Sequence record: MK327932.1
DNA from: Escherichia phage vB_EcoM_G2248
DNA length: 64,000 bases
Strand: one strand, 5' to 3'
Positions 43,519 through 53,604 of this stretch are shown here, piece by piece; the first letter of the stretch is position 1, and the number at the start of each line of letters is the position of its first letter. Under the pieces are notes generated by a model. The model did no database searches and was not told where the DNA came from. It was given only the letters and a program-made list of their open reading frames with translations. The position numbers and the translations under genes are program-made.

Positions 43519-44506
43519 TGAAAATAGTGTGATCTATCGCTCAATCATTACTAGCAAATTCAGAACAGAAAAACTTCTGAACTTCTATAATTCTGTAGGC
43601 GATGGAGCAAATCAAATTACAATTTATGGAACGTTTGGACGTTCGGAGCCGTGGTCAGAAAACGAAAAAGAGGTGGGCTTTGCCCCACCTTATCCGACCG
43701 ATTCAACGGCTGGTGTTGTTGACGTGTGGACCCATATGATGGGGGCGGTTAAGATTAACAAATCACTTCTTGATGCGGTTATCCCTCGTAAAGATTGGGG
43801 TGATACCGGACAGGATAACCCGCGCACGTTCTTTATCAATGACATTGTTGTCGTAAACTCAGCACCATATAACCGAACTGATGTTGGTAGCGGCTGGATG
43901 GTGTATCGCGTAACCGATGTTCCTGATCGCGGTTACTGCTCGATTTCAAGCATTGACGCTAAAGTAGAGTGTTTGAAGTTGGGCGGAAAGTGGACCCCCA
44001 CTCATGAATCAATTGCGCCACCTGTAGGAAAGGGCGATTCTATTGATATGGGTGATGGGTATCGTTGGGAATATCTGTACACAATTCCACCTGATGCGGC
44101 GATCAACCGTTGCACCAATGAACATATTGTTGTACCGTTCCCCGATGAACTGCGACAAGATCCGGCGCGTTGGGGCTATGACAATGTGATCACCTGGTAT
44201 AATGACTATAATCTGCTTTATCGGCTGAAAGTAGTAACTTTGCGTTTTCAGGCTTATATGGACTCTGCGCAATTCCCAACTACCGCGTTAGTGGGTAATA
44301 CTGGTTTCCGTCAGTTAAGCATTATCCTTAACCCATTGGAAAAGAAAGCACGCCCTAGCGATCCAGACGTTAAAGCGGTCAAAGATAAGTACCGACCGCA
44401 AGACTTAGAGCCACACTCAGGCGAAATGATCTACATGGAAAACCGACAACCTATCGTTCGGTCATTAGATCAAACAGAACTTGTTTCTGTATTGTTTGAG
44501 TTCTAA
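43511..44506 (+). CDS. 8: baseplate wedge protein gp8
   Basis: 331 aa, synteny and size. Confidence 0.8.
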   Translation: MANENSVIYRSIITSKFRTEKLLNFYNSVGDGANQITIYGTFGRSEPWSENEKEVGFAPPYPTDSTAGVVDVWTHMMGAVKINKSLLDAVIPRKDWGDTGQDNPRTFFINDIVVVNSAPYNRTDVGSGWMVYRVTDVPDRGYCSISSIDAKVECLKLGGKWTPTHESIAPPVGKGDSIDMGDGYRWEYLYTIPPDAAINRCTNEHIVVPFPDELRQDPARWGYDNVITWYNDYNLLYRLKVVTLRFQAYMDSAQFPTTALVGNTGFRQLSIILNPLEKKARPSDPDVKAVKDKYRPQDLEPHSGEMIYMENRQPIVRSLDQTELVSVLFEF

Positions 44507-44521
44507 GTGTATGATTTTAAA

Positions 44522-44548
44522 AGCCAATTCGAGAGAGTTGGCTTTTTC
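44522..44548 (+). terminator. rho-independent terminator after gene 8
   Basis: Hairpin AGCCAATTCGAGAGAGTTGGCT followed by TTTTT. Confidence 0.65.
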
Positions 44549-44559
44549 CATTTTTGGTG

Positions 44560-44587
44560 TTGACAATCTTATTTGGTAAGGTATAAT
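44560..44587 (+). promoter_or_regulatory. near-consensus sigma70 early promoter (TTGACA, 16-nt spacer, TATAAT)
   Basis: TTGACA at 44560..44565 and TATAAT at 44582..44587; RBS GGAGGA before ATG 44617. Confidence 0.7.
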
Positions 44588-44616
44588 ACACACATCTAAA
44601 CAACGGAGGATAAATT

Positions 44617-44874
44617 ATGGCACGTCGTAAATTTACAGATAATTGTGAAGCAATTCAGGTATCCCCTTGCGGTTGGGATGTGATCGCGAACGGTGAAAAG
44701 ATTGGAGAGATCATCGATCATACTCATTCATCACTAGCCGATTACACCGATGAACTATGGGAGGGTATCAACTTCATGAATGACACTAAACGATTCAAGA
44801 CTATCGACGAAGCTATCTATTTTGTGTATAATCCAACTTTCGGTATGTGGGGAACTAGAAAATGGCACGCGTAA
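44617..44874 (+). CDS. small hypothetical protein (cassette ORF 1)
   Basis: 85 aa, RBS GGAGGA. Confidence 0.5.
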   Translation: MARRKFTDNCEAIQVSPCGWDVIANGEKIGEIIDHTHSSLADYTDELWEGINFMNDTKRFKTIDEAIYFVYNPTFGMWGTRKWHA

Positions 44875-45188
44875 ATATTAAACTGCATTATACAATGGGT
44901 AAACCAAAACATCCAATGCATAAAGTGTTTTGGGGCTTGCATCTTCAAGAAAAATGGCATGATAACTATTGGTTTTGTGACCATGATAAGAAGTGGCATT
45001 CTCAAGATGAAGTTAATGCGATGATGGAACAGGGTATCAAATTTAATTACTCTAATTATGACCATAGCATTACTTGTATTCGAAAATTGAAACGGTTTAT
45101 TCGAAAGAATCCGCAATTTAAAAACTTTGTGTTCTTTATGTCTCATGTTTATTTGGGGCATAGCGTTACCGTAACAGCAAAAGGTTAA
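44862..45188 (+). CDS. small His/Trp-rich hypothetical protein (cassette ORF 2)
   Basis: 108 aa, start overlaps the upstream ORF. Confidence 0.45.
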   Translation: MARVNIKLHYTMGKPKHPMHKVFWGLHLQEKWHDNYWFCDHDKKWHSQDEVNAMMEQGIKFNYSNYDHSITCIRKLKRFIRKNPQFKNFVFFMSHVYLGHSVTVTAKG

Positions 45189-45191
45189 ATA

Positions 45192-46031
45192 ATGGCACGA
45201 CTTTCTAAACAAGAGCAAAAATTACACGATCGGGCGATGGAGTTGATTAATTCAGATCGTCCATTGACATTTGAAGAAAAAGAATTTTGCTATAACAACT
45301 ATCATGGCGATGGACTAGGTGGTTCCGGTGCATTCTTTACCCCAGAATGGCTTGCCTGGGATTTTACCATTGATGCATATTGCACCGGAAAAGTATTAGA
45401 TCTTTGTGCGGGGATCGGTCGCTTATCTTTTTGTATGTTACATCGTTGTAAGCCAGAAAAGATCGTATGCGTCGAACTCAATCCAGAATTTGCGCGGATC
45501 GGCAAGCGACTATTACCGGAGGCAGAATGGATCACCAGCGATGTATTCGAATTTGAGTCAAACGAGAAATTCGATGTTGTAATTAGCAATCCACCTTTCG
45601 GGAAAATCAATACTACCAACACAAAGGATGTATTTGAATATACTGGCGGTGAGTTTGAATTTAAAGTTATGACGTTAGGCCAGAAGTTTGCCGATGTAGG
45701 TTACTTTATTGTTCCTTCTAGTTCCGCTGGTTTTGCATATTCCGGCAGACCTTATTATGATGAATCAGTGAAGTCTAATAAATATCTAAAATGGAGCAAA
45801 CAAACTGGTTTGGTGACTTATGCCGGATGTGGGATCGATACATCAGTCTATCGCGATGAATGGCATAATACCAACGTTTTAACAGAAGTGGTTGAGGTTC
45901 GGTATTACGAGAAAGAAGCCGTAGAAGCGCCTAAATCGCGTCCTAACGAACAGATAGAAGAAAGTAAGGAGATTACCTTACCGGAACAAGAAACAGCGTC
46001 TGGGACGCTCTCAGACTTGTTTGACATTTAA
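45192..46031 (+). CDS. gamma-class N6-adenine methyltransferase (M.TaqI/HsdM-like motifs)
   Basis: FFTPEWLAWDF (motif X-like), VLDLCAGIGRLS (motif I), VVISNPPFG (motif IV), in that order. Confidence 0.65.
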   Translation: MARLSKQEQKLHDRAMELINSDRPLTFEEKEFCYNNYHGDGLGGSGAFFTPEWLAWDFTIDAYCTGKVLDLCAGIGRLSFCMLHRCKPEKIVCVELNPEFARIGKRLLPEAEWITSDVFEFESNEKFDVVISNPPFGKINTTNTKDVFEYTGGEFEFKVMTLGQKFADVGYFIVPSSSAGFAYSGRPYYDESVKSNKYLKWSKQTGLVTYAGCGIDTSVYRDEWHNTNVLTEVVEVRYYEKEAVEAPKSRPNEQIEESKEITLPEQETASGTLSDLFDI

Positions 46032-46038
46032 TTATAAT

Positions 46039-46061
46039 CCGTCCTCGTGGGCGGCTTTTTT
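46039..46061 (+). terminator. rho-independent terminator after the methyltransferase gene
   Basis: Hairpin CCGTCCTCGTGGGCGG followed by TTTTTT. Confidence 0.6.
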
Positions 46062-46071
46062 GTATGTATTT

Positions 46072-46079
46072 TATAAATA
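46072..46079 (+). promoter_or_regulatory. late promoter TATAAATA for gene 9
   Basis: Exact TATAAATA 28 nt upstream of ATG 46107. Confidence 0.6.
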
Positions 46080-46106
46080 ATACATCATAACACGAGGAAT
46101 TAAACA

Positions 46107-46961
46107 ATGGCACAAGTTCCAAAGAAAAGAATAGACACAGGTACGGTCGGCAATCCATCGACTGGCGATATATTATATGATGGCGGTAATAAAATTAACG
46201 ATAACTTTGATTCAATATATGACGCATTTGCTGATCAACGTCTAAAAGAGATTGATCATGGTGCTGGTCGAATGGTTATTCATGCCACTGGATACTATCA
46301 GAAACACCCACGACAAAGCTATGCAGGATCGGCGGTAGAGATTGGTAGTCTGCATGATATTGACACAACTCAAGGCGCATTAATAGCAATTCTTCCTAAA
46401 GCTAAAGTTGGTGAGGGTGTTGTGTTCATAAATAGTAACGGTAGCTTTTCGGCAACAACACCACTAAACATTAGAACTCAAGCAGGAGATTCTATTAGCG
46501 GGTATTCAGGTGACGCGGTAATAACTCAACCTTTCTCAAAAGTCACCGTCTGGTGTACTGCCGTCGAAGGTAGTAGAGTTACCTGGCGGCTGGGCATCGA
46601 AAGTATGTTTGCCGACACAACCACACCACTAGATAGGACCGTTAATGTAACTGGAGTTGCAACCAACGTTGCTATTGCAGCAAAAACAGAATATGTATCA
46701 ATTAAACTATTAACAACCGCTAGCAATACGACGGGTTCAAAAATGCGCTCAAGCGAAACTCTATTGATGATTGATGCCAGAGCCGGAAAAGTTTACGCGA
46801 CAGAATATGCGGTTTTACAGAAAACAGAAGACGAATTATACACGGTTCGTTATTTCATTGGTTCCGGCGATAAAGTATATGCAGAGTATAAGGCTACTGG
46901 CGAAAATATTCGTTTAGCAGTTAAAGCCACAGACACTATTAAAATCGGGGTTGCTACATGA
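46107..46961 (+). CDS. 9: baseplate wedge / long tail fiber socket protein gp9
   Basis: N-terminus PKKRIDTGTVGNPSTGDILYDGGNKINDNFDSIYDAF closely resembles T4 gp9. Confidence 0.9.
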   Translation: MAQVPKKRIDTGTVGNPSTGDILYDGGNKINDNFDSIYDAFADQRLKEIDHGAGRMVIHATGYYQKHPRQSYAGSAVEIGSLHDIDTTQGALIAILPKAKVGEGVVFINSNGSFSATTPLNIRTQAGDSISGYSGDAVITQPFSKVTVWCTAVEGSRVTWRLGIESMFADTTTPLDRTVNVTGVATNVAIAAKTEYVSIKLLTTASNTTGSKMRSSETLLMIDARAGKVYATEYAVLQKTEDELYTVRYFIGSGDKVYAEYKATGENIRLAVKATDTIKIGVAT

Positions 46962-48760
46962 AACAATTAATTAATATCGGTAACGTTGTAGATGACGGTA
47001 CTGGTGATTATCTAAGAAAAGGCGGTCAAAAGATCAACGACAACTTTTCTGAACTTTATACTAAGCTGGGGGACGGCGATACCCCCCACGCATCCGGCGC
47101 ATGGAAAACGCATACAGCGCCATTATTAAAGCCTAATTTTGGTGATGCGTGGGCCATCAATACAACAAACAACGCGGTGTCGGTAGAGCTTCCTAAAGGT
47201 GGAGTTGGTGATTATAACAAGACAATTAAACTTCGTGATGTTTGGCGCTCGTGGGCGTCTCATAACGTAACACTTAAGCCAGCACAAGGCGATACAATTA
47301 AAGGATCACCAATTGACCGAGAATTGTATAAAGATTTTATGGATGTTGAACTGGTTTATTGTGCGCCTGGACGCTGGGAATATATCGAAAACAAGCGAGT
47401 TGACACGATCACCACGTCTGACCTAAGCACAGTAGCTAAGGAAGTTTATATTGCCACAGAAGGGCAAACAGATTTCCCTAATGTATTTGGTTCTAACACA
47501 TATAACACTCGAAATGTTGAAGTATATTATCGAGGAAACCTTTTATATTATGGCAAGTCTTTTAGTAATGACTCTAACTACGGTTCAATTGGTGAGGATG
47601 GATCACTTGTTGAACTTGATGGCAAAAGCATAAAACTTCGTTTTCCTTGTTCTGCTGGGGACACCGTTCAAATTATTACATATATGGACGGAATTGCGTC
47701 TTTCCGTTCTAGTTATATCACGCACACAATTAGAGTGTATGATACCGGAATGACAGCACTAGAAACTATTCCGGGTGAAGTATGGGTTGGTGATTTGTCT
47801 AAGAAAAAAGAATTTACTAATGCTGATTTGGGCGTTAGTAAACGTGATATAATTAACCCAAATTCATTTGAGTTATTAATAAATGGTACTCAAATGATTA
47901 AAGCTGGTGATGCTGATCTTCCTTCGTTTGTCTGTGAAGGTGCTGACGGAGAAACCGAAGAGAGTTGCGCACTTGCTGGCGGTCAGTGGGTACAGTCTGG
48001 AGAAGATTATTCACTGGTATTTGATGAGAATAGCATTGTAACAGGGATTAAATTAGCTAAAGCGTTGGACAATAGAGATACTATAACAATTCGTTGGTTT
48101 AATAACGATATCGGAACTCTATTAGAATGGGATGGTGTCGGCGGAATTAAAGAAAAAGCAGACAAGATTTATCTCAATAACGAAGACGAAGTTAATTTAA
48201 CAAAACAAATTGAATATACAGACTTCCAGAATCCTAGCCAGAAAAACACTCGTCCGGCGGAAGAGTATTCAGGTCGAATTATGGATATATATTCACTGTT
48301 TGATATTTTCCATCCGGTCGGCACGATATACGAAAACGCACATAACCCAGCTAACCCAGCGACCTATATGGGGTTTGGTATCTGGGTTCGGTATGCGGAA
48401 GGAGAATTTCTTGCTGGTTGGTCTTCCGATGCCAGCGACCAGAATTTTGCATTAAACAATAACGATCTTGATATTCATGGACAACCTACACACACCGCTG
48501 GTGGTACTGGTGGTGAAGTTGCCTATCAAATCAAGAAAGATATGATTCCTGAATTACAATCCAGCGATCGTGTTTTGGTGAAAGACGATACAGGGTCAAT
48601 TATCATTGGTGGCTGTCAAGTTGATCCTGATGCGGCAGGTCCAGCGTTTACGAAATATAGAGAGGATATCGTAAAAGTTAATTCTGGAAATGCTGATCCA
48701 TCAATGATGGGTATTCTTCCTCCATATCGCACCGTTCATCGCTGGTTAAGGGTAGGTTAA
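46958..48760 (+). CDS. 10: baseplate wedge / tail pin protein gp10
   Basis: 600 aa, synteny and size. Confidence 0.85.
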   Translation: MKQLINIGNVVDDGTGDYLRKGGQKINDNFSELYTKLGDGDTPHASGAWKTHTAPLLKPNFGDAWAINTTNNAVSVELPKGGVGDYNKTIKLRDVWRSWASHNVTLKPAQGDTIKGSPIDRELYKDFMDVELVYCAPGRWEYIENKRVDTITTSDLSTVAKEVYIATEGQTDFPNVFGSNTYNTRNVEVYYRGNLLYYGKSFSNDSNYGSIGEDGSLVELDGKSIKLRFPCSAGDTVQIITYMDGIASFRSSYITHTIRVYDTGMTALETIPGEVWVGDLSKKKEFTNADLGVSKRDIINPNSFELLINGTQMIKAGDADLPSFVCEGADGETEESCALAGGQWVQSGEDYSLVFDENSIVTGIKLAKALDNRDTITIRWFNNDIGTLLEWDGVGGIKEKADKIYLNNEDEVNLTKQIEYTDFQNPSQKNTRPAEEYSGRIMDIYSLFDIFHPVGTIYENAHNPANPATYMGFGIWVRYAEGEFLAGWSSDASDQNFALNNNDLDIHGQPTHTAGGTGGEVAYQIKKDMIPELQSSDRVLVKDDTGSIIIGGCQVDPDAAGPAFTKYREDIVKVNSGNADPSMMGILPPYRTVHRWLRVG

Positions 48761-48761
48761 T

Positions 48762-49406
48762 ATGATTTCTAAAACACGTTCTAAAGCAAGCGTATTTTCT
48801 AGTGACGCAGCATTCATTTCATACGATCCGGGGTTGAAAGACCCCGTTATTGGCAACATTCGCCCAATTGGTGGATTAAACGTAGACCAATCTCGCAAAG
48901 GTTCTTTTATTAACAACGTGCAGTCGGCAATTGATGACCTGTATAGCATTTCTATGCTTAATGTTGGTGATGTATTGGTAACTACAAATTCAACTCCACC
49001 GGAAGCGGCAGGACAAATAGAAACTCTTTCTTTCACTGGAACGGTAACAAATAAACACGATCCAGCCGCGCAAAAAGTTGTAATTGAAGTTTTGGGCTAT
49101 CCATTTGTTGTTAATGTTGGAACATCGAATGTTGCATTGTGCGAGACAGTTGCAGAAAAATTTACTGAATTGAAAGACAAAAGCATCCTGTTCTCTAAAG
49201 TTCAGAGGAAAGGCACTGGCAACGATCAAATAGAGATTCAGTATATTGATTCAAACGCACACGAAGCAACGGTCGTAGAAAAATATGGTATTAGCGTTCG
49301 TGGGGAAATAAATTCCCCTGCTCGTTATGGTTATGGTGCATGGTCCAAATTGGGAACGGAAGAAAAATTTGATACAACACTATTTTATTTTAAGCGTATT
49401 GCGTAA
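48762..49406 (+). CDS. 11: baseplate wedge / tail pin protein gp11
   Basis: 214 aa; resembles T4 gp11. Confidence 0.85.
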   Translation: MISKTRSKASVFSSDAAFISYDPGLKDPVIGNIRPIGGLNVDQSRKGSFINNVQSAIDDLYSISMLNVGDVLVTTNSTPPEAAGQIETLSFTGTVTNKHDPAAQKVVIEVLGYPFVVNVGTSNVALCETVAEKFTELKDKSILFSKVQRKGTGNDQIEIQYIDSNAHEATVVEKYGISVRGEINSPARYGYGAWSKLGTEEKFDTTLFYFKRIA

Positions 49407-49416
49407 GGTGTAAATT

Positions 49417-50820
49417 ATGAATAACACTATTAATCACGTAAAAGACGATGCACAGTATGTTAAGTTTGACCCTACCGGAAATTGGCCTAGCAATATAAAA
49501 AACGTACAAGCGGCATTAGCCGCTATTCAGGGGTTTGCTATTGCAGGTCTTCCAACGGCAACCGAAGAAACAGCGGGTATTGCTGAAATTGCTACTCAAA
49601 AAGAAGTAGATGATGGGTTGGATGGAACTAAAATTGTTACCCCAAAAACATTGGCTGTTAAGCTGTCAAGACCGGACGCAACAAAATTTGTTAAAGGGAT
49701 CACTCGCTATGCTAATAACGACGAAGCTATGGGCGATACTCCAAATATTGCAATTGGTCCTGATACATTAACCCATGTATTCGAGAAGAAGAAAGCAACG
49801 GAAACCGTACAGGGTACAATTAAAATTTGTTCTATGGATGCAGCAAAAATAGGTAGCGATGACACTATGGCGGTTACGCCTAAAAAGATGCACGCTGCTA
49901 TTGCTCAGATTGTTCCTGGGTTGATTCCAGAACAAAACACGGCGACCGAGTCCCGTGAGGGTTTAGTTAGACTGGCGACAAGCCAACAAACGCTTGCTGG
50001 TACTATCAGAGAAGGATTTGCCGTTAGTCCATATGCATTTTCCAACGCAAGAGCAAATGAAAATCAGGCGGGTACGGTTAAAATTGCCTCATCCCAACAA
50101 ATGATTGACGGTAATGACAACACAGTAGTAGTATCAGCACAAAAATTTGCGAACACTAAAGCAACCACTGGACAATTCGGTGTTGTTAAGCTAACAGATA
50201 ATCCCGGTTCCGGTGAAGCAAATGCTGCGTTATCTGCAAATGCTCGTGTATTGCCTCTAAGCGGTGGTGTCGTTACTGGTGATGTGTATCGTCATAGCGG
50301 AGGCGACGGAAACCAGTTTACCACTAAAAACGAAATGGATGCATGGTGTATGCCAATTGGTGCAATTATTCTAACTGCATTCAATAGCAATGATCATGGC
50401 GCATTTAAAATTTGTAACGGGCAATGGTTGAATAAACACCAATATCCTACGCTATTTGCTCGCATCGGATTTACATATGGTGGTGACGGTGGAGACCATT
50501 TCGCTGTTCCAGATATGCGCGGTCTTGTTGCTCGTGGGTGCGATTGGGGAAGAGGTTTAGACCCAGGTCGTGGATTTGGTACTTATCAAGACGACACCAT
50601 GCAACATATGACAGGTAACTTCCCTGTAGCTAACCGCTATCGCGGTTGGACTGGTGGTGCATTTACCATCACAGGTGGTCAATGGAGCACGAACTATAAA
50701 AACGGTGGCGGCGATGATTGGGGTAGTATTGTTAACTTTGACAGCGCAAGACAGGTTAGAACGTCTGGCGAAACTCGCGTTAAAAGCCTTGCATTAAACT
50801 ACGTTATAAGGGTACAATAA
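49417..50820 (+). CDS. 12: short tail fiber protein gp12
   Basis: YVKFDPT, ATESREGLVRLAT, PDMRGLVARG and C-terminal LALNYVIRVQ match T4 gp12. Confidence 0.9.
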   Translation: MNNTINHVKDDAQYVKFDPTGNWPSNIKNVQAALAAIQGFAIAGLPTATEETAGIAEIATQKEVDDGLDGTKIVTPKTLAVKLSRPDATKFVKGITRYANNDEAMGDTPNIAIGPDTLTHVFEKKKATETVQGTIKICSMDAAKIGSDDTMAVTPKKMHAAIAQIVPGLIPEQNTATESREGLVRLATSQQTLAGTIREGFAVSPYAFSNARANENQAGTVKIASSQQMIDGNDNTVVVSAQKFANTKATTGQFGVVKLTDNPGSGEANAALSANARVLPLSGGVVTGDVYRHSGGDGNQFTTKNEMDAWCMPIGAIILTAFNSNDHGAFKICNGQWLNKHQYPTLFARIGFTYGGDGGDHFAVPDMRGLVARGCDWGRGLDPGRGFGTYQDDTMQHMTGNFPVANRYRGWTGGAFTITGGQWSTNYKNGGGDDWGSIVNFDSARQVRTSGETRVKSLALNYVIRVQ

Positions 50821-52589
50821 TGATCGAACAATTAAACATTCGAAAGATCCCTAACGTCGATGGTGTCCCCGGAGAGGGACAACATTCTATTAGCTGGATT
50901 AAAAATGGTGAATGTCTAAGCGCAGCAACCACAGAAACAGGACACGAGGGGACGCTTAACCGCGCCCCTTATGCGATTCAAGAAAATATTGTTCGTCTGG
51001 ATGAAAATTCTAAGACAACGGTAACAAAAGTTAACGAAGTTGTTACAGCAGTTAATGATATTAAAACTACTTTAGGCGCGGTTGCTGATGGTAGTATTAT
51101 TGATATTGTCAATCAAACTATTGCAAAGGTTGAGTCTGTAGAAGAAAATTTAGGAGAAACTTCAAGGACATTACAAACCACAGTAGATGAACTGGCGGAG
51201 ACAGGAAAGAAAATTGGTGTTCGTCCGGCAGCAGATCCGAGTACACGAACAATATATGATGATATTTCTTTCATCAAACAAGAATTGGGTGCTTTCCCTA
51301 ACTTCAACATCAACGGTTATCCAGATCCAGGTAGTTCCGGTTCCGGTATCAAATATCGAGTTATCCAGAATACGGAAGCATTAAACAACCACGGTCAGCG
51401 AATCCGCCAACTAGAAAACGACTGGCAAGATTCTGACGTTGGAGAGCTAACAAAACAAGTTAACAAAATGCGAAGCGAGCTAGGCGACCCATCACTAGCA
51501 ACACAGGACAATGTTTATCTTCGTCTTCGTACCAACACTCGCAATATCGCTAGTATATCAAACGAAGTTCAGGAAGTAAAGAAAGCGATTCTATTTGAAT
51601 CAATTCCTGATATCGGTACTAAAGTAACCAAGCTACAATCTGATTATACACAGCTTAATGATGAAGTCAACGGCGTTGACGCTGGTATCCGTCCTCGTTT
51701 AACTCGTCTGGAAAATAAGATTGGCAATCCTCAATCCGCTGGAAGTATTGATTATCGATTGACTAATCAAGAACGGGAATTTGTAGATCTTAAATCTATT
51801 GTCGGTGTCAGTGGTGCTGATGGCCTACGTGGTGAGGTTGCACGAATCACTAACACCGTCGGCACGGATAACGAGCGTCACACAATCGCTGGTCGACTGA
51901 AAATCGTCGAAAACACGCAAGGGCGTTTAGAAGCAAACGTGCAGGATATCGAGCAAATGATCGGCAATCGAGATTCCGGTCTAATCGCTGGGGTTATTAA
52001 GCTGTCAAGCGACATGTACGGCAATCCAGAAGGAAGCACGCAGTTTGAACAAGATGGGATCGTGAAAACTGTTAAGGCATTGAGCACGTCAAATGAAAGC
52101 AAGATAACAGACGTTCCTGATGATGGGTTCCACTATCTCCGCAAACACGGAGAATGGGTCCAAGTTGCGTGGGCTGCTGGTGCATTTAAAAACACCACTC
52201 AGATTGATCTTACGCTAGACGAACAAGACCAATACAAAGGAATCCCGCTTACTGACATGACCGCAGAAGTTCCAGTGCGTGGATTGGTTAAGAGCGAATC
52301 TCTTGTTACGGTTAACGACAAAGGCTTATTCCGTTGTGTTTTCCGTTGTTCTGTACACGCGGCACATAACGCTACTTTCGTAGTCGGTATTGCTAAAAAT
52401 GGTCAGATTGTACATGAGGTACGAAATGGTCATTATGGAACTGATGAATTAATTAGCTATTCTACCAGTGCTTTCCTAAATATTGAAAAGGGCGACCGGA
52501 TCGATATTCGTATTAAGGGTGTATCCGTAGAAGCATTAGCGCAACCGCTACAAATTAAAGAGTTCCTCTTTGGAATTTCTCCGGTATAA
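50820..52589 (+). CDS. wac: fibritin (whisker protein) with an extra C-terminal domain
   Basis: Coiled-coil heptads; foldon-like GFHYLRKHGEWVQV followed by about 140 additional residues. Confidence 0.8.
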   Translation: MIEQLNIRKIPNVDGVPGEGQHSISWIKNGECLSAATTETGHEGTLNRAPYAIQENIVRLDENSKTTVTKVNEVVTAVNDIKTTLGAVADGSIIDIVNQTIAKVESVEENLGETSRTLQTTVDELAETGKKIGVRPAADPSTRTIYDDISFIKQELGAFPNFNINGYPDPGSSGSGIKYRVIQNTEALNNHGQRIRQLENDWQDSDVGELTKQVNKMRSELGDPSLATQDNVYLRLRTNTRNIASISNEVQEVKKAILFESIPDIGTKVTKLQSDYTQLNDEVNGVDAGIRPRLTRLENKIGNPQSAGSIDYRLTNQEREFVDLKSIVGVSGADGLRGEVARITNTVGTDNERHTIAGRLKIVENTQGRLEANVQDIEQMIGNRDSGLIAGVIKLSSDMYGNPEGSTQFEQDGIVKTVKALSTSNESKITDVPDDGFHYLRKHGEWVQVAWAAGAFKNTTQIDLTLDEQDQYKGIPLTDMTAEVPVRGLVKSESLVTVNDKGLFRCVFRCSVHAAHNATFVVGIAKNGQIVHEVRNGHYGTDELISYSTSAFLNIEKGDRIDIRIKGVSVEALAQPLQIKEFLFGISPV

Positions 52590-52597
52590 GAAATTAA

Positions 52598-52621
52598 AGG
52601 GGCGTTAAGCCCCTTTTTCGT
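52598..52621 (+). terminator. rho-independent terminator after wac
   Basis: Hairpin AGGGGCGTTAAGCCCCT followed by TTTTCGTTT. Confidence 0.65.
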
Positions 52622-52635
52622 TTATAGGTGATATT

Positions 52636-53568
52636 ATGTCAGGATATGTAACCAATAACCCAAGAGAATTAAAAGACGCTATTCTGCGTCGTTTAGGCGC
52701 ACCAGTAATTAACGTAGAAGTCACAGAAGACCAGATTTACGATTGTATTCAGAGAGCACTAGAACTCTATGGGGAATATCATTTCGATGGTGTGAATAAA
52801 GGATATAAAGTATTTCGTGTTAGTGCAGAGCAAGCGCAACACGGGGTATTTGATTTAAGCGATTCTGGAGTATTCGCAGTAACTAAAATAATTCGAACAA
52901 ACGTAGGTAGCGCGGCTACGATGGATGGTACTGCCGTTTATCCGTGGTTTACTGACTTTCTGTTGGGTTTAGCGGGTGTAAATGGCGGTTTAGGATCTGG
53001 CTGTAGTAAATTTTATGGTCCAAATGCAATGGGCGGTGATCTGGGATATTTCGAACAGCTTATGAGCTATCGCGCAACTATGCAAAACATGCTTAATCCT
53101 CTTCCCGATTACTGGTATAACAGCGCAAACGGACAACTTAAGATTACAGGAAATTTTCGAGAAGGTGATCTCATTGTTGTTGAATTATATGTTAAAAGCT
53201 ATGTAGATGTTCCTGATATGATCGGCGCGGTTGCTGGCTATGCCCATGCAGGAGGATGTTCTACCGCTGGCGGGATTAGTGCCGTTTATGATAACCCAAC
53301 CGCAGGATTGAGCGGTATTTCGGCAGGAATGGGACCAATTAGAGAAAACAAACAGGGCGCATATAATAACCGTTGGGTGAAAGATATGGCTACCGCTTTC
53401 ACTAAGGAGGTGTGGGGGTCCATCATGGCTAAACATCAAGGTCTGCAATTACCTGGCGGTGTCACTGTTGATGGTATCCGAATCATTGAAGAAGCACGCG
53501 CCGATATTGAGAAATTGCGACAAGAACTAGAATTATTAGATCCTCCGTTCGGCATCCTCATGATTTGA
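52636..53568 (+). CDS. 13: neck protein gp13
   Basis: Strong resemblance to T4 gp13 throughout ([23 protein letters not shown]..., C-terminal LDPPFGIL). Confidence 0.9.
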   Translation: MSGYVTNNPRELKDAILRRLGAPVINVEVTEDQIYDCIQRALELYGEYHFDGVNKGYKVFRVSAEQAQHGVFDLSDSGVFAVTKIIRTNVGSAATMDGTAVYPWFTDFLLGLAGVNGGLGSGCSKFYGPNAMGGDLGYFEQLMSYRATMQNMLNPLPDYWYNSANGQLKITGNFREGDLIVVELYVKSYVDVPDMIGAVAGYAHAGGCSTAGGISAVYDNPTAGLSGISAGMGPIRENKQGAYNNRWVKDMATAFTKEVWGSIMAKHQGLQLPGGVTVDGIRIIEEARADIEKLRQELELLDPPFGILMI

Positions 53569-53574
53569 TTTATT

Positions 53575-53590
53575 GGGGGAGTATTCCCCC
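53575..53590 (+). promoter_or_regulatory. intergenic RNA hairpin GGGGGAGTATTCCCCC between genes 13 and 14
   Basis: Perfect palindrome with no T-run; probable mRNA structural element. Confidence 0.4.
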
Positions 53591-53604
53591 ATTTGGAGTA
53601 ACAT

